From Mobula hypostoma (Eukaryota), in contig NC_086110.1 of the NCBI RefSeq assembly GCF_963921235.1, positions 620,001-684,000 of the forward strand: 64,000 nt of DNA. Direction: 5' to 3'. Shown piece after piece: positions 1-11,689 of this stretch. Positions within the stretch are counted from its first letter, which is position 1; each line of letters begins with the position of its first letter. The translations under genes and the position numbers were made by a program. Under the pieces are notes generated by a model that searched no databases, was not told the origin of the DNA, and saw nothing but the letters and a program-made list of their open reading frames with translations.

Positions 1-1309
1 GTAATTGTTATACGTCAAAACAACAGAACCCCACTACCAATTGCACAAACAAATGAATTATTTCTGGAAATACTGAATTCAGTTTGAATCCCATTATATT
101 TTTCATCGACTTTTCATACCGATTGAAAATATATGCAGGTTTAGTCACGTCAATAACCTTACAACGTGTTACATCGAAAAAATAATTTGATGGTAGAGCA
201 AACTTCTCTTAGCTAACGTATTTTATAGTAATTGTGTTGTTATCAAGTGTTTATTTGCATTCTATCAGATCCTGCGTAATAATTATTTCATTCTCCTTTA
301 TAATTGGGTACAGGAATTACATGAAGCAATCTTAAATCTTGAATTTGGGACCTTCACTGCAGATACCAGTTCCACATTTCGGATTAGTATTGGTTCCATA
401 GAACCAATCAGGTGGGCGAGATTGAGTCAAAACAAAGCGAGGAAAGTTGATAACAAAACGCAGGTTAACTATTTTTGGAGAAACTTAAGGGAAGGAGGCT
501 TTGGAAGCAAGGTGGGCTACACTATCTAGTATGATTAACGGCCAAAATCTTACAATGCAGAAGGACGTCCGAGATTTTGTTTAATGACATAATGATGCAA
601 AATGATGCGGTGAGTAATTCATAATACAATAGTTGTGTTACTATCAAAAACCATTTAAGGAAAACAGCGTTCAATTAAGAATGTGATTCAGCAGCGACAG
701 AATAACCCAAGAAGCTGATGGAACAAATCTCCTTCTTGTACACAGTGTAAATCCTACACTAGGTTTAATGAGAAAACCAGATCAATTTATAAACAGAAAT
801 AAAAATGCCACTTTTAAATAAGGAAAAAGTGTTGTATCAACTGTTCCGTAACTGGCTTAATAATATGTTACTATTTAGAGGAAACGGAATAAAGGTATCT
901 ATCTGAATGGACTGGAGGTGGAAATCAGTATATATGGAGAGGATATGGAACTTGTGCTTGTTGCAATGATTGGCTGAAAGTAGTTCGGCACAACATCATT
1001 CTGTATAATCGACAGGCATTGAAATGCTAACTGATCAGATTCCTATAAGGACAATAATTAAATATCTCAGAATTCATCACACATGCGATTGGTTATCCAA
1101 CAACGCTCTAATCTGTGTTGCATTAAGACTCCTTATTCCAACATGTGTACCCGGAACAAACCTGTTTGAAATACGAGAATCATCGGGAAATATTTAACAG
1201 TGCGATGTGTTCTATTTTCTACATTAAATTCGACCAAGGCTTAAACAGTAATTGGGAGTTCCATAGGGAGGGTTGACGTAAACAGAACCCTAGTGCCGCA
1301 CGTGGCTAA

Positions 1310-1900
1310 TCCCTTAAGGTAGTGACACAGATGGGTAATGTGGTGAAGAAGACGATTTGAAATTCCTGCCTGCTGGTCAACAATTCGGACGTCAGAAATT
1401 GCACAAGTCGTTGCTAAGAACACACTAGAGATATTTTCCGCGGTTCCCTTGGCCTAGCCACAGCACAGATGTCATTAATCTGGTATGAATGCGTGCAACA
1501 CTGGGTCTGGAGGGTTTCATTTACATGGAGAATCTACGACTCTTGGTCTGCAGAGAAGGAGGTCGAAGGGTGATCTGATAGATGCTTATAAAGTTATAAG
1601 GACCTAGATAACATGGGTATTCAGAGTCTTCTTCCCAGATTCTCGGTGTCTGCAACTGGAGAGATAGACTTAAAATGAATGGCGTAGGTTTAAATTGAAC
1701 TTAAAACGTACCTTTTTCTACTCACTTGGCAGTTGGTACATGTAAAGGCATGCACAAGGAAGCTGAGGAAGCGTGATAAATGAAAATGCCCCCCCCCCCC
1801 AAAAAAAAAACATTCAGGCATGCGAATGAATTGCAAAAAAATCTGTTCAGGGATATTGTGGTTTGTTCGGCATTTCAGATTTGGGTTGAGAAGTGTCCGT
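1310..1900 (+). mobile_element. Decayed CR1 LINE 3' fragment in gene A intron (duplicate near 33790-34400)
   Basis: Degenerate CR1 ORF2 C-terminal sequence (e.g. RR.KGDLIDAYKVI) in both duplicates. Confidence 0.5.
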
Positions 1901-2479
1901 CTTGGTTGTATACACCTACGAGTCGTGTGAAAAAAAAAATCAAATGATTTTTGTGCATTTTAATAATCTTTGAATTGCAGCGGTTAAAAAGGTTTCCTGC
2001 AGTTCTCTGCTGTCTGTTAATATGCAATAAAAACAATTTGTTTTCTAACAGACTGAAATATCATGGCCGATCTGCATTTGCACTTTTAAGTTAGAAGGTA
2101 CAAAGTACCATGACTTTGCCGCCACGGAAATATAATTTTGTTAAATCGGCTTGGAGTGGAAATTGATTATGGTGGGCAATGCGAAATGAAATAAATCAGA
2201 GATGTAAGAAATCGAGCCAAATTAACGTAAGTATTATTTCATGCCCAAACCTCCTCCTTTCGCAAGCATTCTAGGCCGAGTCCATGGCAGAGTTTCTCTA
2301 GATCTCGTTATGAAGAAGAAAATTATCCGATTTAAGAAGAGGCGCAGACGTTCGGGTAGCTAGGTCAGATTCAGCAACAACATGAAAGAAGTGATTGTAA
2401 TCGGACATTGTCCTGAGCTCGTTAAGACGCGAATCATTTCAAAGTAAACTTCCAGTCGTCAGTTGCCTATAGAAATAAT

Positions 2480-4740
2480 ACATTACTATATCAATAACGT
2501 TAATGATCTAAACACAGCGTAGTGAGCTTGTTCCGGGGTCAGTTATTTAGTGACATTTAATGTCATTCCTTCAATAATGCCTTGTAATATCAGGTGTAGT
2601 CTTTTATAATGTTTGGTTTCATTATTTCCTTAATAAACTGTTTCTTCCGTCATTCATTTTGCTGCTCTCTGACAGTATGCGATTTTCCTCACCGGACGTG
2701 GTTCAGATGTAACATTCACATATAAGAACAGAACTCAGTGACTACCAAACCCTTGCAACCCCTCACCAGTGACAAAACGCTCGACCCCTCTCTTTGGTTG
2801 TTTCAGAGTAAATTTCTTCGTATTTAACATACTACGTTCTACCCCTATTTTCTAATTCTCTGAACCCGCTGCAAGTTCCGTGTCGCTTGAGAATAACACA
2901 CCGTCACACATGTGCTTGAATTGTTTGAAACAAAGGGTTGCGGGAAACGTTGATAGAGACCTAAAAGTTTGTGTTTTGACGAGATCTGAAAATATTCCGT
3001 GATATTTCGACATAAGTACAACCAAAACCTATGGTAGAGCATAGGCTTCCAATTCAAGAAAAAAATACCGGTATCCACCCACTGCAAATCTCAACTCAAT
3101 CCTTCCTTGGAATCGATTCACCGATTCTACCTGGTCTACATCCTGAATCTACAAACCTGGATGTTCTGTGGAGGATATTCATCAGAGCCTTTGTATGGCT
3201 CCAGAAGTTGTGGTAAACGTATATTTCCGGAATAAATAACATTACAACAGGTTAAAGAATAAACAAAAGATGATTGAAGGACGCAGAGGACTGAGAGCGC
3301 AAGATTGTGGAAGTCAGCATATTGGAACATGCAGGAATCAGGGGAAACCAAGGGAATCAAAAAGAATAGGTAACAGGAGTTAAATAATAGGCAGGGATTG
3401 CAGTAAGAAACATAGAAACATAGAAACATAGAAAATAGATGGAGGAGTAGGCCATTCGGTCCTTCGAGCCTGCACCGCTATTTATTATGATCATGGCTGA
3501 TCATCCAACTCAGAACCCCGCCCCAGCCTTCCCTCCATACCCCCTGACCCCTGTAGCCACAAGGGCCATATCTAACTCTCTCTTAAACATAGCCAATGAA
3601 CTGGCCTCAACAGTTTCCTGTGGCAGAGAATTCCACAGATTCACCACTCTCTGTGTGAAGAAGTTTTTCCTAATCTCGGTCCTAAAAGGCTTCCCCTCTA
3701 TCCTCAAACTGTGACCCCTCGTTCTGGACTTCCCCAACATCGTGAACAATCTTCCTGCATCCAGCCTGTCCAATCCCTTTAGGATCTTAAACTTTTCAAT
3801 CAGATCCCCCTTCAATCTTCTAAATTCCAACGAGTACAAGCCCAGTTCATCCAGTCTTTCATCCAGTGGATGAATAAAGCTAAAATCTTCGATTCTCTTG
3901 TGATCAGAACAGCATTTATAAAGCAAATATGACAAATATATTATACTATTTTCCATACTTTCAAATGAATCTGGTGAAATATTTATTTTTAAAAAATCAC
4001 GGATCATCGTTTATTCGTTGTTTTGGAGGCTATATGTTTTTTGCGTTGTCTCTGAGCCTACAGCAAGTTAAGACAAAATGATGAAAATTCCCTGTGGTTC
4101 AGTATGGAATATCAAGAAGATTTTTTTTTCTTTATGGGTAACGTCTCTAGGTTGAGGGAAAGACCTGAAAATGATGTTGGAACAAAAAGAATAATACAGC
4201 CCCTTTTTGGACAATATAGTGCTTTGGTAATTTGCAATCTAGCTCGATGCGGTAATTCAGACGTAAGGTGAAAAGAGGGCACATAACTAAAAAAGAAAAA
4301 GTTGCTTCCAATACATGGTAATACGTAATTGACCAGCAATTACGGGTTTCATCGATGAGTAAATTAAATTATACATTTCCCAGTGACTGTTTAGACTTGT
4401 ATTTATTCTGTTCACAGTCCCTACCCCGGGCTGTTAAACAAGGATATGCAATCGCAAAAAGGGTTACAACAGTTAAATATTTAGAAATTCTAAATGTAAC
4501 AAGTGTTTCTAACTTTACCTCATTTGGACCACCTTTTGTTACACGTTGCATTAATTATATATACAAAGTTCAGTTGTGTGATTTAATGTGTTCTGTCCTC
4601 CATACTGAACAAACATACTGCCATTTATTTTACCAATTGCTGCCTCCAAGAAAACTTAATATTACATGCTATACCGCATTCACGACAGAAACTCACACAA
4701 TGTCATGAAGTCTTTAATATATTTAAAATAATTAATATCA
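2480..4740 (-). mobile_element. Highly decayed LINE ORF2, possibly L1 clade (duplicate about 34960-36800)
   Basis: Broken minus-strand frames loosely resemble L1 RT motifs in the expected order (LP..A.I..L.K; S.LN; DSFESME..YL; C.P.LLF...IPL). Only a by-eye resemblance. Confidence 0.35.
3406..3860 (-). mobile_element. Young 5'-truncated CR1 LINE with (AGAAACAT)n tail, specific to duplicate A
   Basis: Encodes the CR1 ORF2 C-terminus (ERLDELGLYSLEFRRLKGDLIE...RVVNLWNSLP), is nearly identical to 43047-43480, and is absent from the homologous site at 35909-35915. Confidence 0.9.
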
Positions 4741-4784
4741 TTGTTTTGCTTTTTGACACGTTCTACCGTTTAACTCAGTGCATG

Positions 4785-5020
4785 AGATCATAAGAAATAG
4801 GAGCAGAAGTAGACTTTCTCACCCATCAAGTCTGCTCCATCATTCAATAAGATCATGGCTGATCTGATCTTGGGCTCATCTCCATACCAACCTGCATTTC
4901 TCCCATAACATTTAATTCCCTACTATGCAAAACTCTTATCCAACCTTGACTTAAGTATATTTACTGAAGTAGCCACTACTGCGTCATTAGGCAGAGTTGC
5001 ACAGATTAACTACTCTAAGC
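4785..5020 (-). mobile_element. CR1 3'-end fragment (duplicate about 36857-37090)
   Basis: cataagaaataggagcagaag...ctgctcc...tcaataagatcatggctgatctg is the CR1 3' UTR stem-loop and tail motif seen in other copies here. Confidence 0.6.
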
Positions 5021-5229
5021 TGAATAATAAACTACGTTTTTTTTAATAAAACAGAGAACGATCTAGAACACGATCAATACCACTACGGTGCTGTAAAACT
5101 GTGTAATAGTTCCTAATAGTTACAGACGGAGTAATTCATATAGTGCACCTGCTGTATTTTTAAGAATCAGAATTGAAGGCAGCAGATATGGCAGCTCACA
5201 GGACTAGAATCACAATCAACGGCTCCTCA

Positions 5230-6211
5230 GACGGCCTTAGATCACCAGGACAATACCAATAACTTGTCACGATGCTGTTTGCAATTCGCTGACTACAGCG
5301 TATTTATCACCATCATATCGATAAGCTATAGGCCTCTGTACTTCCCCTTCAATTTGATTTTCGTCTTGCAAACCTGAAACCACACTTTGTATTAATGACT
5401 CCTCCTCAGAGATGATCAACACTGGCGCAGCACTGGGATGTGTCCTTATCCCACTGCTCTACTCTTTCTATACCCAGGGCTATGTGGCTAGGCATAGCTT
5501 AAATGTCATCAATACGTTTGGTAATGATACAACAACTGTTGGCAGAGTCTCTGATGGGGAGGGGAGGGCGTACAGGAGCGAGCTGTATCAGCTAACAGAG
5601 TGGCGTTGCAGCAACCACCTTGCACTCAACATCGATAAGACCAAAAAGTTGACCGAGGACTTCAGAAACCCTAGGACGAAGGATAATGAACCACACCTCA
5701 GATTTCGAGAGAGTGGGAAATTTCAAGCTCCTGGGTGTCAATATCTCTGCGTATCTAACCTGTTCCGAGTATATCGATATCGCCATAATGGGGACAAGAT
5801 AGTGACTATATTTCACTGGAAGTTTGAGGAGATTTGGTTTGTCACCTAAGACACTCGAAAACTTCTACAGATGTACCAGGAGAGCATTTTGATAGGTTAC
5901 ATCACCATCTGGTGTGCTGGGGAGCGATTACCGTACTGGATCGAAAGAAGCTACAGTAAGTTATAAAATGAGGCTTTTCTATCATGGGTACTAGCACCCG
6001 TAGTATCCAAGACATCTTCAAGGAGCAGTGTCTGGGGAGGGCTGTGTCCATTATTAAGGATTTCCGTTACCCAGTATATGTCCTTTTCTCATCATTACCG
6101 TGAGAAAGAGGTATAGAAGCGTGAAGACACACACTCAGCGATTCAAAGACGTTTTACTTCCTCTCTGCCATCCGATTCCTCATGGATAATGAACCAATGA
6201 ACACTACCTCA
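5230..6211 (+). mobile_element. Rex1/Babar-like LINE, decayed RT and 3' region
   Basis: ORF 5412-5849 has INTGAALGCVLIPLLYSFYT...FGNDTTTVG, a decayed form of the PQGCVLSPLLYSLYT/FADDTT motif of Rex1-like RTs. Confidence 0.75.
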
Positions 6212-6403
6212 GTGCTTCAGCACTGGACTTCAAGGCGGATGGAACTGAGTTCAAACCCAGCCGGGTCCCAGCCTGGAATGCAGCAGTATCTACCCGGAAG
6301 AAATGCCTATCAATCTAATTCCGCATCCTGCCATGGAAAAGTTATGGACTCCCAGGTCCAGGATGTCACGAAGAATCGGACTCGACTTAACGACTGAGCA
6401 ACA
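6212..6403 (+). mobile_element. tRNA-head SINE with RTE/BovB-like 3' tail, nested in the Rex 3' UTR
   Basis: Pol III B-box gagttcaaacc at 6247-6257. The 3' end gtcacgaagaatcggactcgacttaacgactgagcaaca resembles the BovB/Bov-A terminus. Duplicate at 38301-38502. Confidence 0.65.
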
Positions 6404-6998
6404 TTTATTCAATTTTTCTATTTGCAAAGGGACAGACAGACTCGAGTGTCCAAATAAACTCTTCTCGGGCTTTTCGAAGAATGGCAGAGTATGACATCGA
6501 GATATCGGTTACAATTGATATATGTACCCGGCTGCAAACCCGCGATGAGTTTATTCGTCGTATAAGCCGGCAAAGCCCTCGATCTTCTGCAGAATCGATT
6601 TTAATGTTCTGCGGATAATGGCTGATCTCTTAACTTACGAAGGGCAGGTCATCATCTGTAACTCACAGGTCTCGAATTTGATTAAATGATTTCAGTTAGC
6701 ACATGTAACATTCTAGTCCATTAACTGCCCATCTACCGAGATAAATCTTTCATTATATGTACATCACAGGAAATGTATCTTCAGATATAAAGGAACATTA
6801 AATTACATGAAATTAGAGAACAATGTTCTTTCCCAGATTCCACTGTTCCACCAACAGTAAACAGTGGTTATTGAAACCCGAAATGAAGAATGCTACTGTG
6901 GATGGAGAGGCGGTCTCTTATTGTACTTTATCAATATCTAACGCGATCCGTTTAACTTAGTAGTTAAATTTGTCTAAGACACGCCGAGTAAGAATTAC

Positions 6999-7319
6999 CG
7001 TGTACAATAACGTTCGTGCCATTGCCTTTGGAAATCTTTCCTGTCCAGTCTCTCACACCGCAATAAAATATTCCAGAGTCCCCGAATCTCACGTCGAAGA
7101 TATGGAATTCGGCAGAACCTTGCTCTGTAGTTATAATACTTATCCTTCTGTCTGCAGTAGGATCTATATATCCTTCTTGTCCCCCTTTCCACCAGTAAAC
7201 AGCCACCGCTGCGTTCTGAGCGAAGATTGGGTAGGTGCAGTAAATTGACACATTTGCACCCGCTGCCTTAGTCTCGTTCACAGGAATCTGGCGCACTGTG
7301 ATCGAGGCCCTGTCAGCAA
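6999..7319 (-). CDS. Gene A exon 2: V-set Ig domain with germline-joined J-like motif (VJ exon)
   Basis: 321 bp, phase 1-1, acceptor ttcattctgacag, donor gtaatt. Shows Cys(B) IYC, Trp(C) VYW, DSGIFYC and GNGTNVIV, with no stops. Confidence 0.93.
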
Positions 7320-7561
7320 CTGTCAGAATGAAAAACAATAGTTATCAGAGTATAATGGTTGGCTTTATTGACAAAAATATTAAAATAAAATATGCATATA
7401 TAATATCACTGTGACTGAAATAGATCGATTCGACTGTGAGTAAAGTAAATCAATTTAAAATACCAAAACTGCGGTTTACTTCTTGGGCAGCTGCTCGTCA
7501 CAAACAATTCCGAATATCTCGAACTCGTTATTGCAGATCAACGACGGAATTGTATACATAC

Positions 7562-7616
7562 CTGTGTACACAATCTGCAGGACGAAGAGATTAAGGAGCT
7601 TATGAAATATATGCAT
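7562..7616 (-). CDS. Gene A exon 1: signal peptide MHIFHKLLNLFVLQIVYT
   Basis: ATG plus 18 codons plus 1 nt, donor gtatgt, phase 1 matching the V exon. Same size and position as the gene B leader. Confidence 0.82.
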
Positions 7617-7749
7617 TGTGAATAAAAGTGATGAAATCAGACAGTATTAACTGTATTTCCAAGTTCAATCACATAGCACAGTGATGAGAAGCTGTTCGAG
7701 GGTCGTGTGGAAATGGATTTGCAAATAGACTGCACAACCCTTACATCTT

Positions 7750-7767
7750 GGTTTCACTTTGACGTCA
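7750..7767 (-). promoter_or_regulatory. Candidate IRF-E (AAAGTGAAAC) abutting a perfect CRE (TGACGTCA) about 140 bp upstream of gene A ATG
   Basis: gtttcacttt at 7751-7760 and tgacgtca at 7760-7767, in the last block still alignable with the gene B promoter. Motif match only. Confidence 0.35.
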
Positions 7768-7961
7768 TTGCGGCGATATAGAGACATTTAAAATAACAGA
7801 CGACCTAATGGTACAGATGTTATCAGGAGGATACAAAATGAGACAGGGCAGGTAACAGAAATGTGTCTGCGGAAAAATTGTATCCGACGATAATTCCATT
7901 AGTTTGAATATAATTATGCGGAAAGATAGGTTTGTTCCTTGGGATGCATATTTAAATTAGA

Positions 7962-10900
7962 TGTAACCTCCAGGCTCAATGGGCTGCGTTAGTCTAGGAG
8001 AAGACAGTCGTCGCCCCCGCCAGTTGGTGAAATCTCCTTTGTGTGGATGCTGCCTGATGTTTTCACCTGTTACAAATCAGTACCACGAAATAACGAACAG
8101 TTCACCATATACAATTAAATAATTGAGCTTTATGATCCTTAATTTGACGATCGTTTTAGTTAAAAAAAAAGCCCATTTTAAGGAAACATTCTAATGCACT
8201 CGTTGGACCTCACGATTTTCCCGTCCGTTCGTTCTCCATCATTATCCCCTGGCTGTTGTCGACTCCCGATCCCATTCCAAGTCCACGCCATCCTGTAGTC
8301 TATATCCTCGTCCTTCTCTCTTCTCTCTACACCCTCCGCCGAACAAAAGCCGCGTCTCCCTATTTCTCAGGAATACAGGAAAAAAATTCTCCCCCCATTA
8401 GACGCCTCACATTCCAAAGCTTCCGTTAGTCATAACGCAAACACTGTTGCTACACAGATACCATTAGATTAGCAGTGAAACCTTTCCCAGGGCGTAACAC
8501 GCTCCACCTACTAAACTTAGTCATATCCTGATGACTTTGAGATAATTTTCCATCCCTTCTGTCAGAACACAAAGTCCAATCCAGGTGTAAAAGGCAGTGA
8601 CATTGCTCCCCAAAGCAATTTGGACCACACCCCGTTTCCCCAGTACTATATAGGCCAGCTTATCCGGTAGCCTTCTGATTGTGAGACCTCCATAGTCCCT
8701 CATCTACCTCTTCATGTTTCGACACTACTTTGGATACTTCTGGTCTACCTGGCAAGGCTTCCCCTGTCCTATCACTCGTCCCTACCTACAACTCGGACCG
8801 CTTGGTCCCTTGACTGAGCTCCGCTTCATGTTTTTCCAATGTCGACCTACACACTATGCATTCATCCAGATACACCAGTACTTCAAGAAAGCTCATATGC
8901 TCCATGACCCTCTGGAAGTTTACAGGCGGACCCGATATACCCTAGGCAGCCCTTCGAACCTGAAGAATCCCAGGTGACATAAAAATGCCGTCTTCTCTTT
9001 GTCAGCCTCACTCATGGTGATCAGATAATATCCACTCCTGAACTCCAGCACACTAAAGCACTTCGGACGACCCAGACGGGCCAGTGCTTCTTCGATACTT
9101 GGGACAATATATTGGCCGGAGACGGTACGCATGTTCAGAGTCCTATATGTCCACACATATCTATACCTTTCCATTCCTCTTTCTGGCCAGCACTATTGTG
9201 TGACGCATAGGGGCTTCTGGACTTGATGATGATCTCAGCTTCCTTCAACTTACAGAATGCTACCGAACGTCTTCCACATCTGCAGGAGCCAGTTGCTGTG
9301 ACCTCTCTCTGAATAGGGTGTCTTTGGTCACCCGCATAGTGTGAAGAGAGCTCTTGGAACAACCCACATTAAACTCGTCAGTGGAAAAGACATCTTCCAG
9401 CTTCAACATCTTCTCTATTAACTTGCTCCTCTAACCCGCTGGTACCTGGGAGCCCCCGAAGTTGAATGACTCAGCGGTCAACATTCCGCCCCTTGCAGAT
9501 CATTTCTCCCCCGCTTGTCTCACAGGCACACAAGCATTACCGTTTCCGGGAAAAGAAGCACCAGGGGAAGCCACCGCTTGAATGTGACCTCCCACTTAGA
9601 AGTGTTTCTGATAATCTGTCCCATCTTGTTCGCCTCTACAATCGAGCGCTTCTGCAGTTTGGGCCTCACCAGTTCCACAACAGGCACTCCCGACTCCTCT
9701 TCGTGGTCTTCCGGAGCATCCACCAAGAAGGCCTCGCCCTCGGCCATTCCGGAAAATGTGGGGTTTTCCATTACTCTGAATATTTCCCTAGGCCGTAACA
9801 TGATTGGCTTGGACTGAAGAGCCACGCAGTCTCTCGTCTAAATTCGTTTCCCAGCCCAATGCAGCCACGCACTTCCTCAAAAGCAGCTCGAAAAGCCGCG
9901 TGAACGGACAATGTTCTCAAGGAGCTCTGTTCAGCTTTCTCGGTACAGGCTCCCATGAGCCTCATCACTATAAGAGTGTTGGTCTCCACAAGAATTGAAT
10001 CACCGCCCTTCTCAACGGCGTCCAGACAGCCTAGCGGTAACGTATCAAGCCCCTCAGCCACTCCCACGTCGGCCTCCGAAAGCTCTAGGTTCACTGACAA
10101 GTAAACATCATACGGATAACCAGCCGCAATAAGACCCCAGATACCCAGTGCACTGAATGGCGTTGTGGTTGTAAAATGAACGGTAGAAGAAAGTGACTTG
10201 CGGCTCTGTCTCAAGTATGTCTCCAGTATAAATACCTTCTATCAGTAGCGATACGCTGGAGCTTAGCCCCATTAAGCCTTAAAAATAGGGTTCTTTGCTT
10301 TCGAGTGTTCCTTACTATATTGCGAGAAATGTGCCCCCCACGCCTCACCGATACACCTCGCTATCCTTCACTGGGTCTGTTTGAAGTATTCCCAACGACT
10401 CTCTCTGCTCAGGTACCCGTAGGCTCACTCTCCGCAGTGTTTCCTGTCGTTCAAATTCCCGCCTGAAGTGTCCCTATTCACCACAGTGTAACAGACAATA
10501 CCAGCCGCTCCTTCCCCTCAATTCTCAGAAACAATAGAACCCTGTCTTTGAAATCTCCGACCCCGGCTATGGGAAACTCATTGGTGTTTCGGCCCGCTCC
10601 GCTGCTGTTACGTCAGAGCTGGTCTGCAGTGAAACGAGATCTGTGCCCGCCGGTTTATCAAGCTCCTCCACTCTACAATCACAATTTTCCCGACAGCTTT
10701 AACAGTATTTACCTGGCGAATTAACAATTCATCGGATTACGAATATCTATCCCACTCAACTCGCACGCATTAATTACCTGTAACACCCATGGATGAACAT
10801 CATCAATCCAGCCGGCCACATCCAAACTAGCACAGACTTAAAACATAAAACCCACTGGTTCAATGCTTAGGGTAATCACACAGCATCCAACGAAATCAAT

Positions 10901-11483
10901 TCCGGAACGATGCATTCACAAATGTAACCCTTAGTTTCGGCGGGTTGCATTAGTCTAGGAGAAGACAGTCGCCGCCCCCGCGAAAGTGGTGAAATCTCAT
11001 TTGTGTGGATGCTGCGTGATGGTTTTCGCTGTTACAAATCAATACTACGAAATAACGAACTGTACACCATATGCAAGTAAACGATTGAGGTTTATAATAC
11101 TTAATTTGACTGAAAGGCTAGCAAAGAAAACAAAAAAAAAGAAGAAAATTGGCCCATTTTTAGTAAACAGTCTATTGCGCACGTCGGAGCTCACGATTTT
11201 CCCGTCCGTTTATTCTTATTCGATTTTCCCCGGGCCTCGTCGACACACATTACAAGTCCACTCCGTCTGCAGTCAACCTCCTCTCCGTTCTGGCATCTTC
11301 TCTTTCCATCTCCTGCCGAACAAAAGCCGGCAACTTCTTCACTGTGGGGCACACGAGAGGGTAAAACTCTCCACTCATTGGACGCCGCACTTCCAAACCC
11401 CCGTTATCTCTAGTTATAAGCCAAACACTGCGGCCATAGAGAAACCACTACATTAACAGTGAAACCTTTTCCAGGGTGTTTCA
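7962..11483 (-). mobile_element. Internally deleted Gypsy/Ty3 LTR retrotransposon with two LTRs (7962-8498, 10923-11483)
   Basis: Direct repeats start TGTAAC and end in CA. Internal minus-strand RT remnants (SPYAS; EEALARLG.PK.FSVL..RSGYY; DKEKTAF.C.LGFF). Flanks taga/caga fit a decayed 4-bp TSD. Confidence 0.85.
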
Positions 11484-11689
11484 CAGAGAATGGCCAATTT
11501 TGACGTTATCAGACAGGATTGGAAAGGGTGTATTGGCTCAGGTTCTTCTCTGGCAAATGAATATGAGGACTTCAGAAATTTCGGGAGTACCACGTCTGAA
11601 TGTACCTGTCAGAATAAAACACAAGGCAAACAGTTTTACTGACCCTTTGCTATAGAGAGATATCTGAAGACTGGCTTAAAATAAGAAAG

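Larger units (their letters stand above)
1..7775. repeat. Segmental (tandem) duplication, copy A; homologous to 32459-40055
   Basis: Window start gtaattgttatacgtcaaaacaacagaacc matches 32459 gtaattgttatacgacaaaacaacagaacc. Collinearity continues through shared TE fossils, the V exon, the leader exon and the promoter. Hand-counted 120-bp samples differ by 6-19%. Confidence 0.95.

Noticed and set aside
2240-2470. Conserved acceptor-like tag|gcaactga in the V-C1 intron of both copies (also about 34945), which would add Gly-Asn-stop after V
   Set aside because: Conservation is no higher than in the surrounding duplicated intron, and there is no evidence of use.
3510-4007. 165-aa ORF with a novel N-terminus
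   Set aside because: Chance fusion of flanking decayed DNA with the CR1 ORF2 C-terminus at the insertion junction.
6964-6998. ORF read-through past the V-exon donor (GNSYSACLRQI*; similarly 39235-39302 and the C1 ORF extension 31366-31661), suggesting secreted isoforms
   Set aside because: These are intronic extensions after good GT donors, with no conserved poly(A) signal in both copies and no other support.
7290-7302. CACAGTG heptamer near the start of both V exons (and at about 7677), suggesting V(D)J recombination signals
   Set aside because: No ACAAAAACC-like nonamer at 12- or 23-bp spacing. The heptamer is simply the codons for Thr-Val, and V and J-like parts are already in one exon.
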